A stretch of DNA of 64,000 bases from Gammaproteobacteria bacterium (GCA_026195255.1 JAPHSS010000026.1:15403-79402); one strand, 5' to 3'; positions 10,449 through 21,660 are shown, counted from the first letter of the stretch. Notes: generated by a model from the letters alone, not told the origin. Program-made: numbers and translations.

Positions 10449-10919
10449 ATGCGTATACTTTTATTAGCGGTCGGGCAAAAAATGCCAACATGGGTTGAGC
10501 AAGGTTATAAAGAGTACGCTCATAGAATGCCGGCGGAAGCTAAACTGGAAATTAAAGAAATAGCCCCGGGGAAGCGGGGTAAAAATGCAGATATTAAACG
10601 CATTGTAGAAGAAGAAGGGCAACGCCTTAAAGCCGCCATTCCCAAATCAGCACATGTTGTGGTACTGGATGTGAAAGGTCGTTCACACACTACAGAGCAA
10701 TTAGCCGACAGGTTAGATGACTGGATGCACAGTGGCCAGGATATATGTTTATTAGTCGGTGGCCCGGAAGGTTTATCTGAAGAGTGCCGTAATCTGGCAA
10801 ACGAAAAATGGTCTTTATCCTCATTGACCTTTCCACATCCTCTGGTGCGCGTTATCTTAGCAGAACAATTATATCGAGCATGGTCTGTTTTGCGTAATCA
10901 TCCTTATCATCGTGCTTAA
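10449..10919 (+). CDS. rlmH: 23S rRNA pseudouridine-1915 N3-methyltransferase
   Basis: VGGPEGL, LTFPH, EQLYRA and HPYHR motifs. Confidence 0.97.
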   Translation: MRILLLAVGQKMPTWVEQGYKEYAHRMPAEAKLEIKEIAPGKRGKNADIKRIVEEEGQRLKAAIPKSAHVVVLDVKGRSHTTEQLADRLDDWMHSGQDICLLVGGPEGLSEECRNLANEKWSLSSLTFPHPLVRVILAEQLYRAWSVLRNHPYHRA

Positions 10920-10964
10920 GATATCATTACAGGTGATATTTAAGTTCAGGTTGTTTAACCAAGA

Positions 10965-11561
10965 ATGACAAAAACAGACATCTCACCCAGCCCGCTTATT
11001 ACCCTGGCATCTGCTTCACCAAGAAGGCGCGAACTCCTGGAGCAGATTCAGGTCAGCTATTCAGTGTATCCTGCAAATATCGACGAGACTCATATCGAAG
11101 GAGAATCTGCGTTACAGTTTGTTCAAAGGTTAGCACTGGAAAAAGCGCGCTGTGTTTACAGAAAGTTTCCCGAGAGACCTGCGCTGGGGGCAGATACTAT
11201 CGTTGTAATTAATCAGCAGATTTTAGGAAAACCTGATAATCAGGATCATGCAAAGCGCATGTTGAAAATGTTATCGGGTCAAACGCATCAGGTTATGACA
11301 GCCGTTGCAATCTGTGATGGAGAAGCAGAACATCTGCAGGTGTGCACCAGTGAGGTAGAATTTGCGCAGTTGAATGATAAACAGGTAGAGGCTTATTGCT
11401 CCACAGGAGAGCCGATAGGTAAGGCTGGTGCATACGCAATTCAGGGTGTAGCCGCTCAGTTTATAAAAAACATTAAAGGCAGTTATTCGAGTATTATGGG
11501 GTTGCCGTTATATGAAACAGCCGAATTACTTAAGCTGTCAGGTATAAAGTTATTAAAATAG
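10965..11561 (+). CDS. maf: Maf-family nucleotide pyrophosphatase (YhdE-like)
   Basis: LASASPRRRELL, GADTIV, GKAGAYAIQG and MGLPL motifs. Confidence 0.95.
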   Translation: MTKTDISPSPLITLASASPRRRELLEQIQVSYSVYPANIDETHIEGESALQFVQRLALEKARCVYRKFPERPALGADTIVVINQQILGKPDNQDHAKRMLKMLSGQTHQVMTAVAICDGEAEHLQVCTSEVEFAQLNDKQVEAYCSTGEPIGKAGAYAIQGVAAQFIKNIKGSYSSIMGLPLYETAELLKLSGIKLLK

Positions 11562-11654
11562 TGGGCTAAACTATTAACAGATAATTTAAGGATCTGAATT
11601 CTCTAAAAATTAATATAAGTTATCTAGATGAAAATTAATGGAATTAAAAAAGAC

Positions 11655-13106
11655 ATGAATAAAGAAATACTAATCAATGTAACCCCGCAGGAAACACGTG
11701 TCGCGATACTGGAAAACGGAGTCTTACAGGAAGTTTATATTGAGCGTATTAGAAACAAAGGCCTGGTAGGTAATATTTATAAAGGCCGTGTTTGTCGAGT
11801 GTTACCTGGAATGGAAGCAGCTTTTGTTGAGGTGGGTATGGATCGCGCGGCTTTTTTACATGTTTCTGACATTGCGCCGCAAGGTGATAATTCGAATAAA
11901 CCCACTATTTCTCATTTATTATCAGAAGGACAGGATGTTCTGGTGCAGGTAATTAAAGATCCAATGGGTACAAAAGGCGCGCGATTAACAGCGCATATAA
12001 CTATACCTTCCAGATATCTCGTGTTTATGCCAAATTCAGCCAATGTCGGTGTGTCATCGAGGATTGAAGATGAAGCAGAACGTGAACGACTTAGAGGAAT
12101 GCTGCTAGATCAGAAAGATTTATTAGGCGAATCAGGTTATATCATTCGAACGGCAGCTGAAACAGCAACACCAGAATCAATGGTGCAGGATATTTTATTT
12201 CTGAATAAATTATGGGGCTCGATTAGCGAAAAAGCCCGTGAAGAGAAAGCCGGTAACGTTATCCATGAAGACCTCTCTCTGCCGATGAGAGTGTTACGTG
12301 ACATGATAGATGAGGATCTAGAAAAAATACGTGTCGACTCCAGAGAGACGAGTCGAAAGATGCAGCTCTTTGCAGAAAAATTAATGATTGAAGCGCATAG
12401 TAAAATTGAACATTATCCTGGTGAGCGACCCATCTTTGATTTATATGGCGTTGAAGATGAAATACAAAAAGGCCTTGCTAAAAAATCTCATTTGAAATCG
12501 GGTGGTTACTTAATAATTGATCAAACTGAGGCAATGACAACAATCGATGTAAATACCGGTGCATTTGTTGGGCATAGAAACCTCGAAGAAACTATATTTA
12601 AAACCAACCTTGAAGCTGCGCAGGCAATAGCCAGACAATTACGATTAAGAAACCTCGGTGGAATCATCATAATAGATTTCATTGATATGGTTGAAGAAGA
12701 TCATCGTGCACAGGTCTTAAGAGCCCTGGAGAAAGCGTTAGATAAAGACCATGCACGTACCCAGGTATGTGAAGTCTCGTCCTTAGGGCTGGTTGAAATG
12801 ACACGAAAGCGGACACGTGAAAGCCTCGAGCATGTGTTGTGTGAAGCGTGCCCAACCTGCGAAGGTAAGGGTTATATTAAAACGGCTGAAACTGCCTGTT
12901 ATGAAATATTTAGAGAAATATTGCGAGAAGCACGTCAATTTGACGCAAAACAATTATTGGTATTAGCCGCGCAGGAAGTTATCGATTTGTTGGTAGATGA
13001 AGAGTCTAACAGTTTAGCTGAGCTAGAAGATTTCATCGGTGTTCCTATTAGATTGCAAGTTGAGTCTCTCTATACTCAAGAGCAGTTTGATGTCGTTATA
13101 ATGTGA
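11655..13106 (+). CDS. rng: Ribonuclease G
   Basis: GNIYKGRV S1 domain, TIDVNTG, LRNLGGIIIIDFIDM; about 483 aa from ATG 11655. Confidence 0.96.
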   Translation: MNKEILINVTPQETRVAILENGVLQEVYIERIRNKGLVGNIYKGRVCRVLPGMEAAFVEVGMDRAAFLHVSDIAPQGDNSNKPTISHLLSEGQDVLVQVIKDPMGTKGARLTAHITIPSRYLVFMPNSANVGVSSRIEDEAERERLRGMLLDQKDLLGESGYIIRTAAETATPESMVQDILFLNKLWGSISEKAREEKAGNVIHEDLSLPMRVLRDMIDEDLEKIRVDSRETSRKMQLFAEKLMIEAHSKIEHYPGERPIFDLYGVEDEIQKGLAKKSHLKSGGYLIIDQTEAMTTIDVNTGAFVGHRNLEETIFKTNLEAAQAIARQLRLRNLGGIIIIDFIDMVEEDHRAQVLRALEKALDKDHARTQVCEVSSLGLVEMTRKRTRESLEHVLCEACPTCEGKGYIKTAETACYEIFREILREARQFDAKQLLVLAAQEVIDLLVDEESNSLAELEDFIGVPIRLQVESLYTQEQFDVVIM

Positions 13107-13129
13107 TAAGTGTTTATTTGAGTTAATAA

Positions 13130-16100
13130 ATGTCTGATCATTTTTCAAAAGAAACAAGAAAGAAGAAGGCTTTTAATTTAAGAAAATTAAAAAACTGGAT
13201 TTTAAGTATTGTTGCCCTAATGGTAATTATTCTCGCTATAAGTTTTACTCTTATACGTGTAGCAATAAAATCAATACCAGATTATTCAATGGCCATACAA
13301 AAAGCTGTGTCCGAACAAATGGGCTTAAAGCTGGAAGTGGGTTTTCTGGATGCTGAGATATACTGGTTAGTCCCCCGCCTTAATTTAATAGATGTTAACG
13401 TATCCGATAAAGAGGGAAAGCATCACTTATTACATCTTCAGGAAATTGATCTGAGTTTAGACTGGGCTGAAAGTATAAAAAGCATGACGCCGGTAATAGG
13501 TGAAATAACTTTGATCGGCTTGAATGTTCAGCTCGGTATTAACAAAAAATCACAACTTCTTATTCAAAATTATATTATTGATGAGAATATTGACGAAACT
13601 CTTAAAACTTCAACAGAAGGTGATGTGCAGAAAAGATTTGAAGTAAGTGAAGCAGTTAAGCACAATTTAAATAATCTTGACTTTAAAATATTAAATAGTC
13701 AGTTTAGTTATTATGATGAAAGGCATCAAAGTCATAATAAAACATTATCCAATGTGAATCTTCATTTGATTAACAGTGGTGAATCGCATGTGGTTGAGGT
13801 TAAGGCTAGTTTTCCTAAGGGCTACGGAAACAATGCTCACTTTATAATTGATTTGCAGGGCGATTTATTTGATTATAAAAATCTTGACGGTAAATTATAT
13901 CTTGCGATTGCAAGTTTTAATGCTGAATCCTGGTTAGATGATTACTGGAATGAACTGAAGGTCACAGCGAATGCAAAGGTTAACGGTAAAGTCTGGTTAG
14001 AGTGGAGTAAGCAGGAAATTGTCGAGGTTAATAGTCAGCTTAGCTTTACAAATCTTGCCGTACATTATCTTGGTGACTCAGTTAATACATGGAGCATTGA
14101 TCACCTTGATGCTTTGTTTCGCTGGAGTAAGACGGATAGTGGGTGGAAACTCGATGTTAGAGACCTGTTTGTTGAGCGTGAAGGTTTTGACTGGCTAAAA
14201 CCTGCAGCCGCAACCCTCGAAATGCGAAATTCTCAGAATGAAATTAAACTTCAAGCTGATTTTTTACGGGTAGAGGGCTTTGTATATCTCGCCGGTATGT
14301 TAAATAGTGTGACTGATGTAGATATATCCTGGCTGAAATTGCTTGAAAAGTATAAACCATCAGGAGCATTAAAAAATCTTGACGTGAGTTTACCTATCGA
14401 TGAACCTCAGGATATTAAAGTTAATGCTGAATTCAGTCAGCTGGGATTTTTATTGCCTGACATTGATCCCGCAGCAATAGTAAATCTGAAGGGCTCTATT
14501 GCATATCTTGATAATAAAACATGGTTATTATTAAACTCGAAAAACTCAGAAATAAAGTTCAGAAAATTATTCAGAAACCCTATTAAGTTAAATGTGCTGC
14601 AGGGTGCGCTAGAATTATCTCATCAAAATAATCTGTGGGAGTTATCTAGTCAATCACTGGTAGTAGATACACCGCATATAGAAACAGAAGTTCGACTTGA
14701 TTTTAATATGCCAGATAATGGTAAACCTTTCCTTGATTTAACGGCTAATTTTCAGAAAGGTGATGTTAATGCGGTGAGTTTGTATTTGCCTGCGGGTGTG
14801 ATGGGGCCCCAGGTGGTCAAATGGCTGGATAACGCATTGTACGCCGGCTTAATTACCCAGGGTGGATATCAGTTTTATGGTTATCTGGGTGATGCCCCTT
14901 TTAGGCTGAATGAAGGTATTTCATTAGCTGATTTTGATGTGACAGGGGTTGATCTGAATTATTTAGATAACTGGCCCGATGTAAATAATATTTCTGCTAA
15001 TCTCAGGTTTCAAAATGACAGCATGCTTTTGAAATCGAATAAAGCTGAGTTGTTTGATTCTAAAATTGAAAAAACAGTTGTATATATAGATAACTTTATT
15101 TCTCCAACTTTAGATGTGAAAGGCAGGGTTAATACCCAGTTAAAAGATTTGAAGAGATTTATTGGCGAAAGCGACTTGCGTGATGATGTGAGTAATTATC
15201 TGGATAATTTACAGTTTGAAGGAGCGGGTGATCTTGATCTGGAATTATTTTTGCCATTATATGGTAATTATCATACTGAAGTTGGCGGTAAGTTATTAAT
15301 CAAAGATGGCGAAATTGAATTTAGCAAGGAAAATTATGAGCTAAAAAATATTAACGGTTTAGTCCGTTTTGCAGGTGATACGGTTGAGTCTACTAATTTA
15401 AAAGCAAAGTTTACGGATAGTTTGCCTGAGCAGGTTTTAGATGTAAATATAAAAACACAGAAGAAACCAGCTGAGAGATTGTATCAAATAGATGTAAGTG
15501 GGAATATTCTTGCATCTTCCTTGTTGGCGCCTATCCCTGATATTCAACATCGTGTTGATGGAAGTTCGGATTGGGATATAACAATAGGTATAAATAATAT
15601 AATTGATAATGGAACATCGGTTACCGCAAAACTTAACTCGGATTTACAGGGAGTGACGACAAACTTGCCAGGTCCGTTAGCCAAGCTAACTGAAAAAAAG
15701 AAACCTGTTGAAATAAATATCAATGTGAAATCAGATGGAGCCAGGTATTTTAATATTAATTTAAATAATGGCGATAAGATTGAAGTTAATGATCTTAAAG
15801 ATAAAGTGGTAGTTAACGCAGATACAAAGAGCGTAAAAGGTGTGCTTGAAATGAATACGCAGGTTGATGTTGATCTTCCAATTGACATTAAACTTGAGTA
15901 CCTTGATTTGAATAAGTTTTTATTGACCGAAGAAACTGAAATTTTGGATTCTAATTTATCTGCGACTGATAGATTGGCTCAAAAGGAAAAGGATTTTATA
16001 TCACCACGTGACCTGCCTTCATTTGATTTGCATGCAGATAAATTAATATGGAAAAATTCTGTATTCACAGACAGTACATTAAATACGCAAAAAACAAAGT

Positions 16101-16840
16101 TAGGAGCAGTGATAAAAGAATATAAGTTAACCAGTGAAAATAATACTGTGTCGGGAAAAGGCAGCTGGTTTACAGGTAAAAATAATGAAAGCACCACAAA
16201 GCTAGATGTAAATATTGAAGTCGCTGATCTAGGTAAGGCGTTTAAGGATTTTGAAATATCTGACAGCTTGTTTTCTACTTCTGGGAATATAAATTTACGT
16301 TGGCAGTGGAAGGCTGCACCTTATGAATTTGACTGGAAAATATTAAATGGAGATGGTCAGTTGAGGTTAAGAGATGGAACCTTAAAAGATCTCGACGCAG
16401 GTGCGGGACGATTATTGGGGTTGTTTAATTTTGAAACCTTACTGTCACTGGATTTTGGTAGTCAGATGAAAGAAGGTTTTAATTTTGATAAGGTTAGTGC
16501 AAGTGTCACATTTTCAGATGAAAATATTTACTCAGATGATTTTGAAATTGAAAGTAAGGTTGCAGATATTTTTATGAAAGGCCGTTTAAGTATTGCAAAT
16601 AACTCCATTGATCAGACTATTACTGTTAAACCACATGTTGGAGCCACCGTTACTTTGGGTACCACTGTTGTCGCGGGGCCTGCTATTGGTGGTCTGGTTT
16701 ATTTGTTTCAGAAAATCTTTAATACTGACAGGTTGTCCGAGTATCAATATTCTATGAAGGGTAGTATTGACTCCCCCGTGGTTGAGCTAATATCGGTACC
16801 CGTAATAGTAGATGAACAGGATGAAGATAGTGATTTTTAA
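13130..16840 (+). CDS. yhdP: YhdP / AsmA-like phospholipid transport protein
   Basis: 1236 aa, single N-terminal TM, beta-rich, GAGRLLGL and Y...GS.DSP C-terminal motifs; follows rng. Confidence 0.88.
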   Translation: MSDHFSKETRKKKAFNLRKLKNWILSIVALMVIILAISFTLIRVAIKSIPDYSMAIQKAVSEQMGLKLEVGFLDAEIYWLVPRLNLIDVNVSDKEGKHHLLHLQEIDLSLDWAESIKSMTPVIGEITLIGLNVQLGINKKSQLLIQNYIIDENIDETLKTSTEGDVQKRFEVSEAVKHNLNNLDFKILNSQFSYYDERHQSHNKTLSNVNLHLINSGESHVVEVKASFPKGYGNNAHFIIDLQGDLFDYKNLDGKLYLAIASFNAESWLDDYWNELKVTANAKVNGKVWLEWSKQEIVEVNSQLSFTNLAVHYLGDSVNTWSIDHLDALFRWSKTDSGWKLDVRDLFVEREGFDWLKPAAATLEMRNSQNEIKLQADFLRVEGFVYLAGMLNSVTDVDISWLKLLEKYKPSGALKNLDVSLPIDEPQDIKVNAEFSQLGFLLPDIDPAAIVNLKGSIAYLDNKTWLLLNSKNSEIKFRKLFRNPIKLNVLQGALELSHQNNLWELSSQSLVVDTPHIETEVRLDFNMPDNGKPFLDLTANFQKGDVNAVSLYLPAGVMGPQVVKWLDNALYAGLITQGGYQFYGYLGDAPFRLNEGISLADFDVTGVDLNYLDNWPDVNNISANLRFQNDSMLLKSNKAELFDSKIEKTVVYIDNFISPTLDVKGRVNTQLKDLKRFIGESDLRDDVSNYLDNLQFEGAGDLDLELFLPLYGNYHTEVGGKLLIKDGEIEFSKENYELKNINGLVRFAGDTVESTNLKAKFTDSLPEQVLDVNIKTQKKPAERLYQIDVSGNILASSLLAPIPDIQHRVDGSSDWDITIGINNIIDNGTSVTAKLNSDLQGVTTNLPGPLAKLTEKKKPVEININVKSDGARYFNINLNNGDKIEVNDLKDKVVVNADTKSVKGVLEMNTQVDVDLPIDIKLEYLDLNKFLLTEETEILDSNLSATDRLAQKEKDFISPRDLPSFDLHADKLIWKNSVFTDSTLNTQKTKLGAVIKEYKLTSENNTVSGKGSWFTGKNNESTTKLDVNIEVADLGKAFKDFEISDSLFSTSGNINLRWQWKAAPYEFDWKILNGDGQLRLRDGTLKDLDAGAGRLLGLFNFETLLSLDFGSQMKEGFNFDKVSASVTFSDENIYSDDFEIESKVADIFMKGRLSIANNSIDQTITVKPHVGATVTLGTTVVAGPAIGGLVYLFQKIFNTDRLSEYQYSMKGSIDSPVVELISVPVIVDEQDEDSDF

Positions 16841-17180
16841 GATTATTTTTGGTTGTTTGATATTGAGCCTGTTAATATCAACTAATGTGTTTGCACAAGG
16901 TGTTAATATAGAGCTGCGCGCAGAAACATGGGATATACCTCGGCATGGAGAAGCCTTATTAACGGTTCCCGAGCTCTCAAAGGTCATGCAGATGTGGATG
17001 GATGATCCATCCAGAAAAATTGAGCTGCGTTATCCGGGTGGAGAAGAGGGTGAACTCTGGGTTGAAGAGTTAAAAGACTGGTTTGTTTCGTTGGGTGTGC
17101 CTTCGAGTGTTATTCAGCTTACCCCCGGTAGTCACGCGGAAGATATTATCAATATAGTTATAATTAAGGCGGAAAAGTAA
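16821..17180 (+). CDS. Hypothetical exported protein
   Basis: Signal-peptide-like N-terminus; overlaps yhdP and abuts the nitrilase gene. Confidence 0.7.
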   Translation: MKIVIFKIIFGCLILSLLISTNVFAQGVNIELRAETWDIPRHGEALLTVPELSKVMQMWMDDPSRKIELRYPGGEEGELWVEELKDWFVSLGVPSSVIQLTPGSHAEDIINIVIIKAEK

Positions 17181-17183
17181 AAG

Positions 17184-18008
17184 ATGAGTAAGCTTGCAGC
17201 AATTCAAATGTCCTCGGGCTCTAATATTCAGGCTAATTTAGATGAGGCAGTCAAATTAATTGATCAGGCAGCCTCTCAGGGTGCTGAGCTTATAGTGCTG
17301 CCTGAAAATTTCTCGCAAATGCCTATGAGTGATGATGAGCGTGTTGCAAATGCAGAAGATATTGGTGATGGTCGAGTACAGTCTTTTCTTGGTGTGCAGG
17401 CTAAAAAACATAATACCTGGATTGTTGGCGGAACAATCCCCATAACGAGTGATGAAGCAGGTAAAGCCTATTCCAGTAGTCTGCTTTATAACAATCTGGG
17501 TGAGCAGGTGGCTCGATATGACAAAATTCATATGTTTGACGTATTGATAGAGGCGAATAACGAAACCTATAATGAATCAGCAACAACCGTTGCAGGCGAT
17601 AAGGCAGTCGTTGTTGATACGCCCCTTGGTAAGCTGGGTTTAAGCGTGTGTTATGACCTCAGGTTTCCAGAGTTATATCGAACAATGATTGACCAGGGTA
17701 TGGAAATTTGTGCAATACCGTCGGCTTTTACAGCTTTTACGGGGCAATCTCACTGGGAGCCTTTAATCAGGGCCAGGGCAATTGAAAATCAGTGTTATGT
17801 CATTGCTTCTGCTCAAGGTGGTTATCATGTTAATAATCGCCAAACCTATGGCCATAGTATGATTGTAAATCCCTGGGGAAATATTCTGGGGAGTGTCGGC
17901 ACAGGGCCGGGCGTTGTTATTACAGAGTTTGATCGTAGAGTACTAGAAACTACCCGTAGTAAGTTTCAGGTATTGAGTCATAGAAAATTGAATTGCAAGA
18001 TTAGCTAA
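17184..18008 (+). CDS. Carbon-nitrogen hydrolase (Nit1-like amidase)
   Basis: E-K-C triad: LPENF, YDKIHMFDV, CYDLRFPE; GHSMIVNPWG. Confidence 0.92.
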   Translation: MSKLAAIQMSSGSNIQANLDEAVKLIDQAASQGAELIVLPENFSQMPMSDDERVANAEDIGDGRVQSFLGVQAKKHNTWIVGGTIPITSDEAGKAYSSSLLYNNLGEQVARYDKIHMFDVLIEANNETYNESATTVAGDKAVVVDTPLGKLGLSVCYDLRFPELYRTMIDQGMEICAIPSAFTAFTGQSHWEPLIRARAIENQCYVIASAQGGYHVNNRQTYGHSMIVNPWGNILGSVGTGPGVVITEFDRRVLETTRSKFQVLSHRKLNCKIS

Positions 18009-18271
18009 TCTACAAATTATCAGGAATAAACACCCAGGTATTTTGCTGAAGTGTGAAATGTTTGGGTTTAAGTATTACATATCTATAATAAACTTTGCGC
18101 AAAGCAATCATGGAAATTCTGAATTAACCACCCCTTGCATATCAAGCTAGAGAGGTTTCAGGACATTAAGGATGATTCTTTGGGGGCAGGAGCTCAATCA
18201 GGCGTGTTTTAATAAATCAATAAGAGCAGTAACGTCTCTAAACATAAAACATAATTCACGACAAAATAATC

Positions 18272-19270
18272 ATGAAAAAGAAAGTTTTCCATTTTGGCAT
18301 TTTATTCTCCATGCTTGGCCTGTTATTCGCGTGTGCTCCCTCAGTTAAGGATAAACCTGTAGTAATAAAAGCGCCGCCTGTAATAACGCCAGTTATAGTG
18401 GATAAAGTTATACCTGTTCCGCCTGAGTCTGAGCAGCCTGAACAACAGCAAGTGCTGGTTTTATTAAGTAGTTCCGCCAGTGCATTTCAGCAGATAGGCA
18501 AATATATAACAAAAGAGCTGGGTGATAATGCGGTACAAATTACATTGTCGGGCTTGCCTGCTCAGGATCAAGCTGTAATCAGGGATATACAAAACTCCAC
18601 TACGACTCAAGTTGTTGCTGTGGGGTCGAAGGCGCTTGATGCGGTTAAAAGTTTTAAGGACAAACAAATAATATATACGCAGATTCTTCATCATGACAAA
18701 GCATTAACTAAAAACATTAAAGGCGTGAGTTCATTGCCATCGCCGGAAAAGCTGTTTAAAGACTGGAAGAAACTATCACCCACACTAACAAAAGTTGCTG
18801 TTGTGGCGGGTAGGGATCTGGATCTGTATTTGAAACGAGCAAAAAAAGCAGCCAGGTCGCAGGGAATTGAGTTGATTGTAGGGCGAGTTAATTCAGATAA
18901 AGGCTTTATCTATAAAAGTAAAAAGCTCAAGTCTGATGTAGGGGGGCAGTGGATTTTGCCGGATAATCGTATACTGAGTGGAAAAGCACTTAAGGAAGTC
19001 ATGGCCTATGCATCAAGGCGTGGTAGACAAATAGTGGTATTTAGTCCTAATTTATTGTCATTTGGTGGTTTCTTCTATGTGACGCCCGATTTAGATGCCA
19101 TCGCGAAAGGTGTATTAAAGCGATTAGCTGAGTCTGCAGGTAAAAGCACAATTCCGGGTGATAACGTTTTACCCATAATGAGCCACACTATTGGAATAAA
19201 TCAGAATATAGCGAAGCAACTTAATCTGGTTATACCTCAAGAGTATCGGAAATACGTTAATGGAAAGTAG
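18272..19270 (+). CDS. Lipoprotein with an ABC substrate-binding-like fold
   Basis: Lipobox-like LFAC, Pro-rich linker, WILPD and INQNIAKQLNLVIP C-terminus typical of ABC_sub_bind proteins. Confidence 0.65.
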   Translation: MKKKVFHFGILFSMLGLLFACAPSVKDKPVVIKAPPVITPVIVDKVIPVPPESEQPEQQQVLVLLSSSASAFQQIGKYITKELGDNAVQITLSGLPAQDQAVIRDIQNSTTTQVVAVGSKALDAVKSFKDKQIIYTQILHHDKALTKNIKGVSSLPSPEKLFKDWKKLSPTLTKVAVVAGRDLDLYLKRAKKAARSQGIELIVGRVNSDKGFIYKSKKLKSDVGGQWILPDNRILSGKALKEVMAYASRRGRQIVVFSPNLLSFGGFFYVTPDLDAIAKGVLKRLAESAGKSTIPGDNVLPIMSHTIGINQNIAKQLNLVIPQEYRKYVNGK

Positions 19271-21557
19271 GGCCGATTATAATCAAACAACACTCGAACA
19301 AGGGTGGCAAAATGCTCAGTCATTAAGAAGCAGTCTGAAATCAGGGCTCAGGGATGATGATGTAGAGCATAGTCATACGCCGTTAGTAAAAAGCGTATTG
19401 CGTCGTTCACCTTTGTTCTCACGTCGCAAAAACACGAGTTTAGTCAATCGCATTATCTGGCTCTTATTGGTCTGGAGTGTCGTAGTTTATATTTTGGGTG
19501 TGGCTGGTTTATGGTGGAGCACTAATAAAGTTATCAAAGATAATTTTTCTCAACAGGCGACAGACTGGGTTTCCAAACTCGATGAATTAGGTACGCCGTT
19601 ATATGCAGCAAATGATGAGTTTTTATTTCAGTCAATAGAAGAACAGGTTAGTCGCTTTCCCGAGGTATCTTATTTAAGGTATTACGAGGCAGAGAAAAAT
19701 TCAATTATCGCCCAGTATTCAGCTGATAATATGACGGATAAAAAAATACCTGAGTTAAACTCTGCGACAATAGAAAGGTTACGACTTAATATTGATTCTG
19801 CTAAACCCGTACTTATTCAAACTGCTGATGATAGCTCATCACTATTTCAGGTCGCCTCTTCTATAGTGACACGATCAATTCGCTCTGAGAGCATGCTTGA
19901 TTTTGATATTGAAGAAGATTCTAAAGAAAATTATAAAATAATAGGTTACCTGGAACTGGGATTAGACTTTAGTCATTACCAGGATAAATTAAAAAAGAAT
20001 ATATTTATAGGTAGTGTAGCCGTTGCGGTGCTTTTTCTAATAGCAGCATTTTTTGGGCGAATACTCATTAAACGTTCACTTCGACCATTAACCAGGATGC
20101 AAAAACCTTTAGAACAATTAGCAAACGGCAAAATTGATGTGCATGTTGATGGTGAAGGTGATGAAGAAATAGTTGCAATAGCAAATGCCTTAAACACAAC
20201 AATCAAGGCACTTAAAAGTAGAGATGAAGAGTTAAGAAAACTTGCAAATTATGATGCGTTAACTGGTTTATTAAATAAACATAACTTTAATATTCAGTTA
20301 AAACAGGAGATACAGCGGACGATTGATGAAGGTGATAGTAGTGCATTGCTGTTTATTGATCTGGATCAGTTTAAACATGTAAATGATAATCTTGGGCATG
20401 CGGCAGGTGACAGGTTATTAAAGCAGGTGGCTAACCTTCTAAAAATTAGAATAAGAACAGAAGATGTTATTTCGCGATTTGGTGGTGACGAATTTACTAT
20501 TATTGCTAAATCTATAGAAGAAAGCGATGCCCGAGTTATTGCCGAATCGATACTAAAGTCGATGCAGGAATTTGTTTTTGTAGAAGGTGGGCAGGCCTTT
20601 AATATCTATTGTTCAATTGGCGTGGTAATAATAAACGGAGATGACTTTACGGCTGAGGAGGTATTCTCTCAGGCAGACATGTCATGTTTTCATGCGAAAT
20701 CTGAAGGTCGTAATCGTTATCATATGTTTGATTTGCCAGAGCAGGAAGAACTTCGTAAAAGTGCAGATATAAGTTGGTCAAAAAGAATTAGTGATGCAAT
20801 TCAGAATGATTATTTTACACTTTTTTATCAGCCCATAGTTAGCCTGAATGGTGATAAGCACGAGCATTATGAAGTTTTGTTAAGAATGGTTATGGGTAAA
20901 GATGAAATTATTCACCCCAATGCTTTTTTGCCGGCAGCTGAACGACTAGGTGTAGCAATTGATATAGACTATTGGGTTGTACGAAATGCGCTTAGAAAGT
21001 TATCAGAGTTTAAAGCAGATGGACGGGATGTACATTTGTCTATTAACTTATCAGGCAGAATTTTTGAAGCAGCAGATTTAATTGACAAAATTAAACGTTA
21101 TATAACCCAGTATGATGTTGATACAGATCATGTTGTATTTGAAATCACTGAGCAAACAGCGGTGCATCATATTGAAAAAGCCTGCGAAACAATTCAGCAG
21201 TTATCTGCTTTGGGCTGTCAGTTTGCATTAGATGATTTTGGTGTAGGTTTCAGTTCATTTAACTATTTGAAACGATTGCCGGTTGATATTCTTAAAATTG
21301 ATGGGGAATTTATTACAGATATGGCAAAAGACCCTGTAGATCAGGCAATGGTGCAGTCAATGATTCAGATTGCAAAAACTTTAAATAAAAAAACCACTGC
21401 TGAATATGTTCAGGATGCTGCAACACTGGAGATGCTTAAACGTTTTGGTGCTGATTATGTTCAGGGGTATTACCTGGGTAAACCGATTCGAGACATTACC
21501 AGGCAGAACTATGATGATGCCCTGGTGCGTGTTGAAACAAATATTCTAACGTTCTGA
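19260..21557 (+). CDS. Membrane-bound HAMP-GGDEF-EAL diguanylate cyclase/phosphodiesterase
   Basis: Two TMs, HAMP, RTED I-site plus GGDEF, EVLLR, DDFGVG, LKIDG, QGYY. Confidence 0.93.
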   Translation: MESRADYNQTTLEQGWQNAQSLRSSLKSGLRDDDVEHSHTPLVKSVLRRSPLFSRRKNTSLVNRIIWLLLVWSVVVYILGVAGLWWSTNKVIKDNFSQQATDWVSKLDELGTPLYAANDEFLFQSIEEQVSRFPEVSYLRYYEAEKNSIIAQYSADNMTDKKIPELNSATIERLRLNIDSAKPVLIQTADDSSSLFQVASSIVTRSIRSESMLDFDIEEDSKENYKIIGYLELGLDFSHYQDKLKKNIFIGSVAVAVLFLIAAFFGRILIKRSLRPLTRMQKPLEQLANGKIDVHVDGEGDEEIVAIANALNTTIKALKSRDEELRKLANYDALTGLLNKHNFNIQLKQEIQRTIDEGDSSALLFIDLDQFKHVNDNLGHAAGDRLLKQVANLLKIRIRTEDVISRFGGDEFTIIAKSIEESDARVIAESILKSMQEFVFVEGGQAFNIYCSIGVVIINGDDFTAEEVFSQADMSCFHAKSEGRNRYHMFDLPEQEELRKSADISWSKRISDAIQNDYFTLFYQPIVSLNGDKHEHYEVLLRMVMGKDEIIHPNAFLPAAERLGVAIDIDYWVVRNALRKLSEFKADGRDVHLSINLSGRIFEAADLIDKIKRYITQYDVDTDHVVFEITEQTAVHHIEKACETIQQLSALGCQFALDDFGVGFSSFNYLKRLPVDILKIDGEFITDMAKDPVDQAMVQSMIQIAKTLNKKTTAEYVQDAATLEMLKRFGADYVQGYYLGKPIRDITRQNYDDALVRVETNILTF

Positions 21558-21660
21558 TTTAACGTGAAAACAGTGAATCACTCTATGCAGCTACAGTCGC
21601 AATTTTCTCTGCTGTAACGCGACAACAAATTTCATCCTTGCTGGTGCTCTTGTAAATATA

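Noticed and set aside
18010..18270. Possible c-di-GMP riboswitch or CsrA-binding leader upstream of the GGDEF-EAL operon
   Set aside because: No GEMM consensus recognised; the scattered GGA motifs are not clearly in hairpin loops
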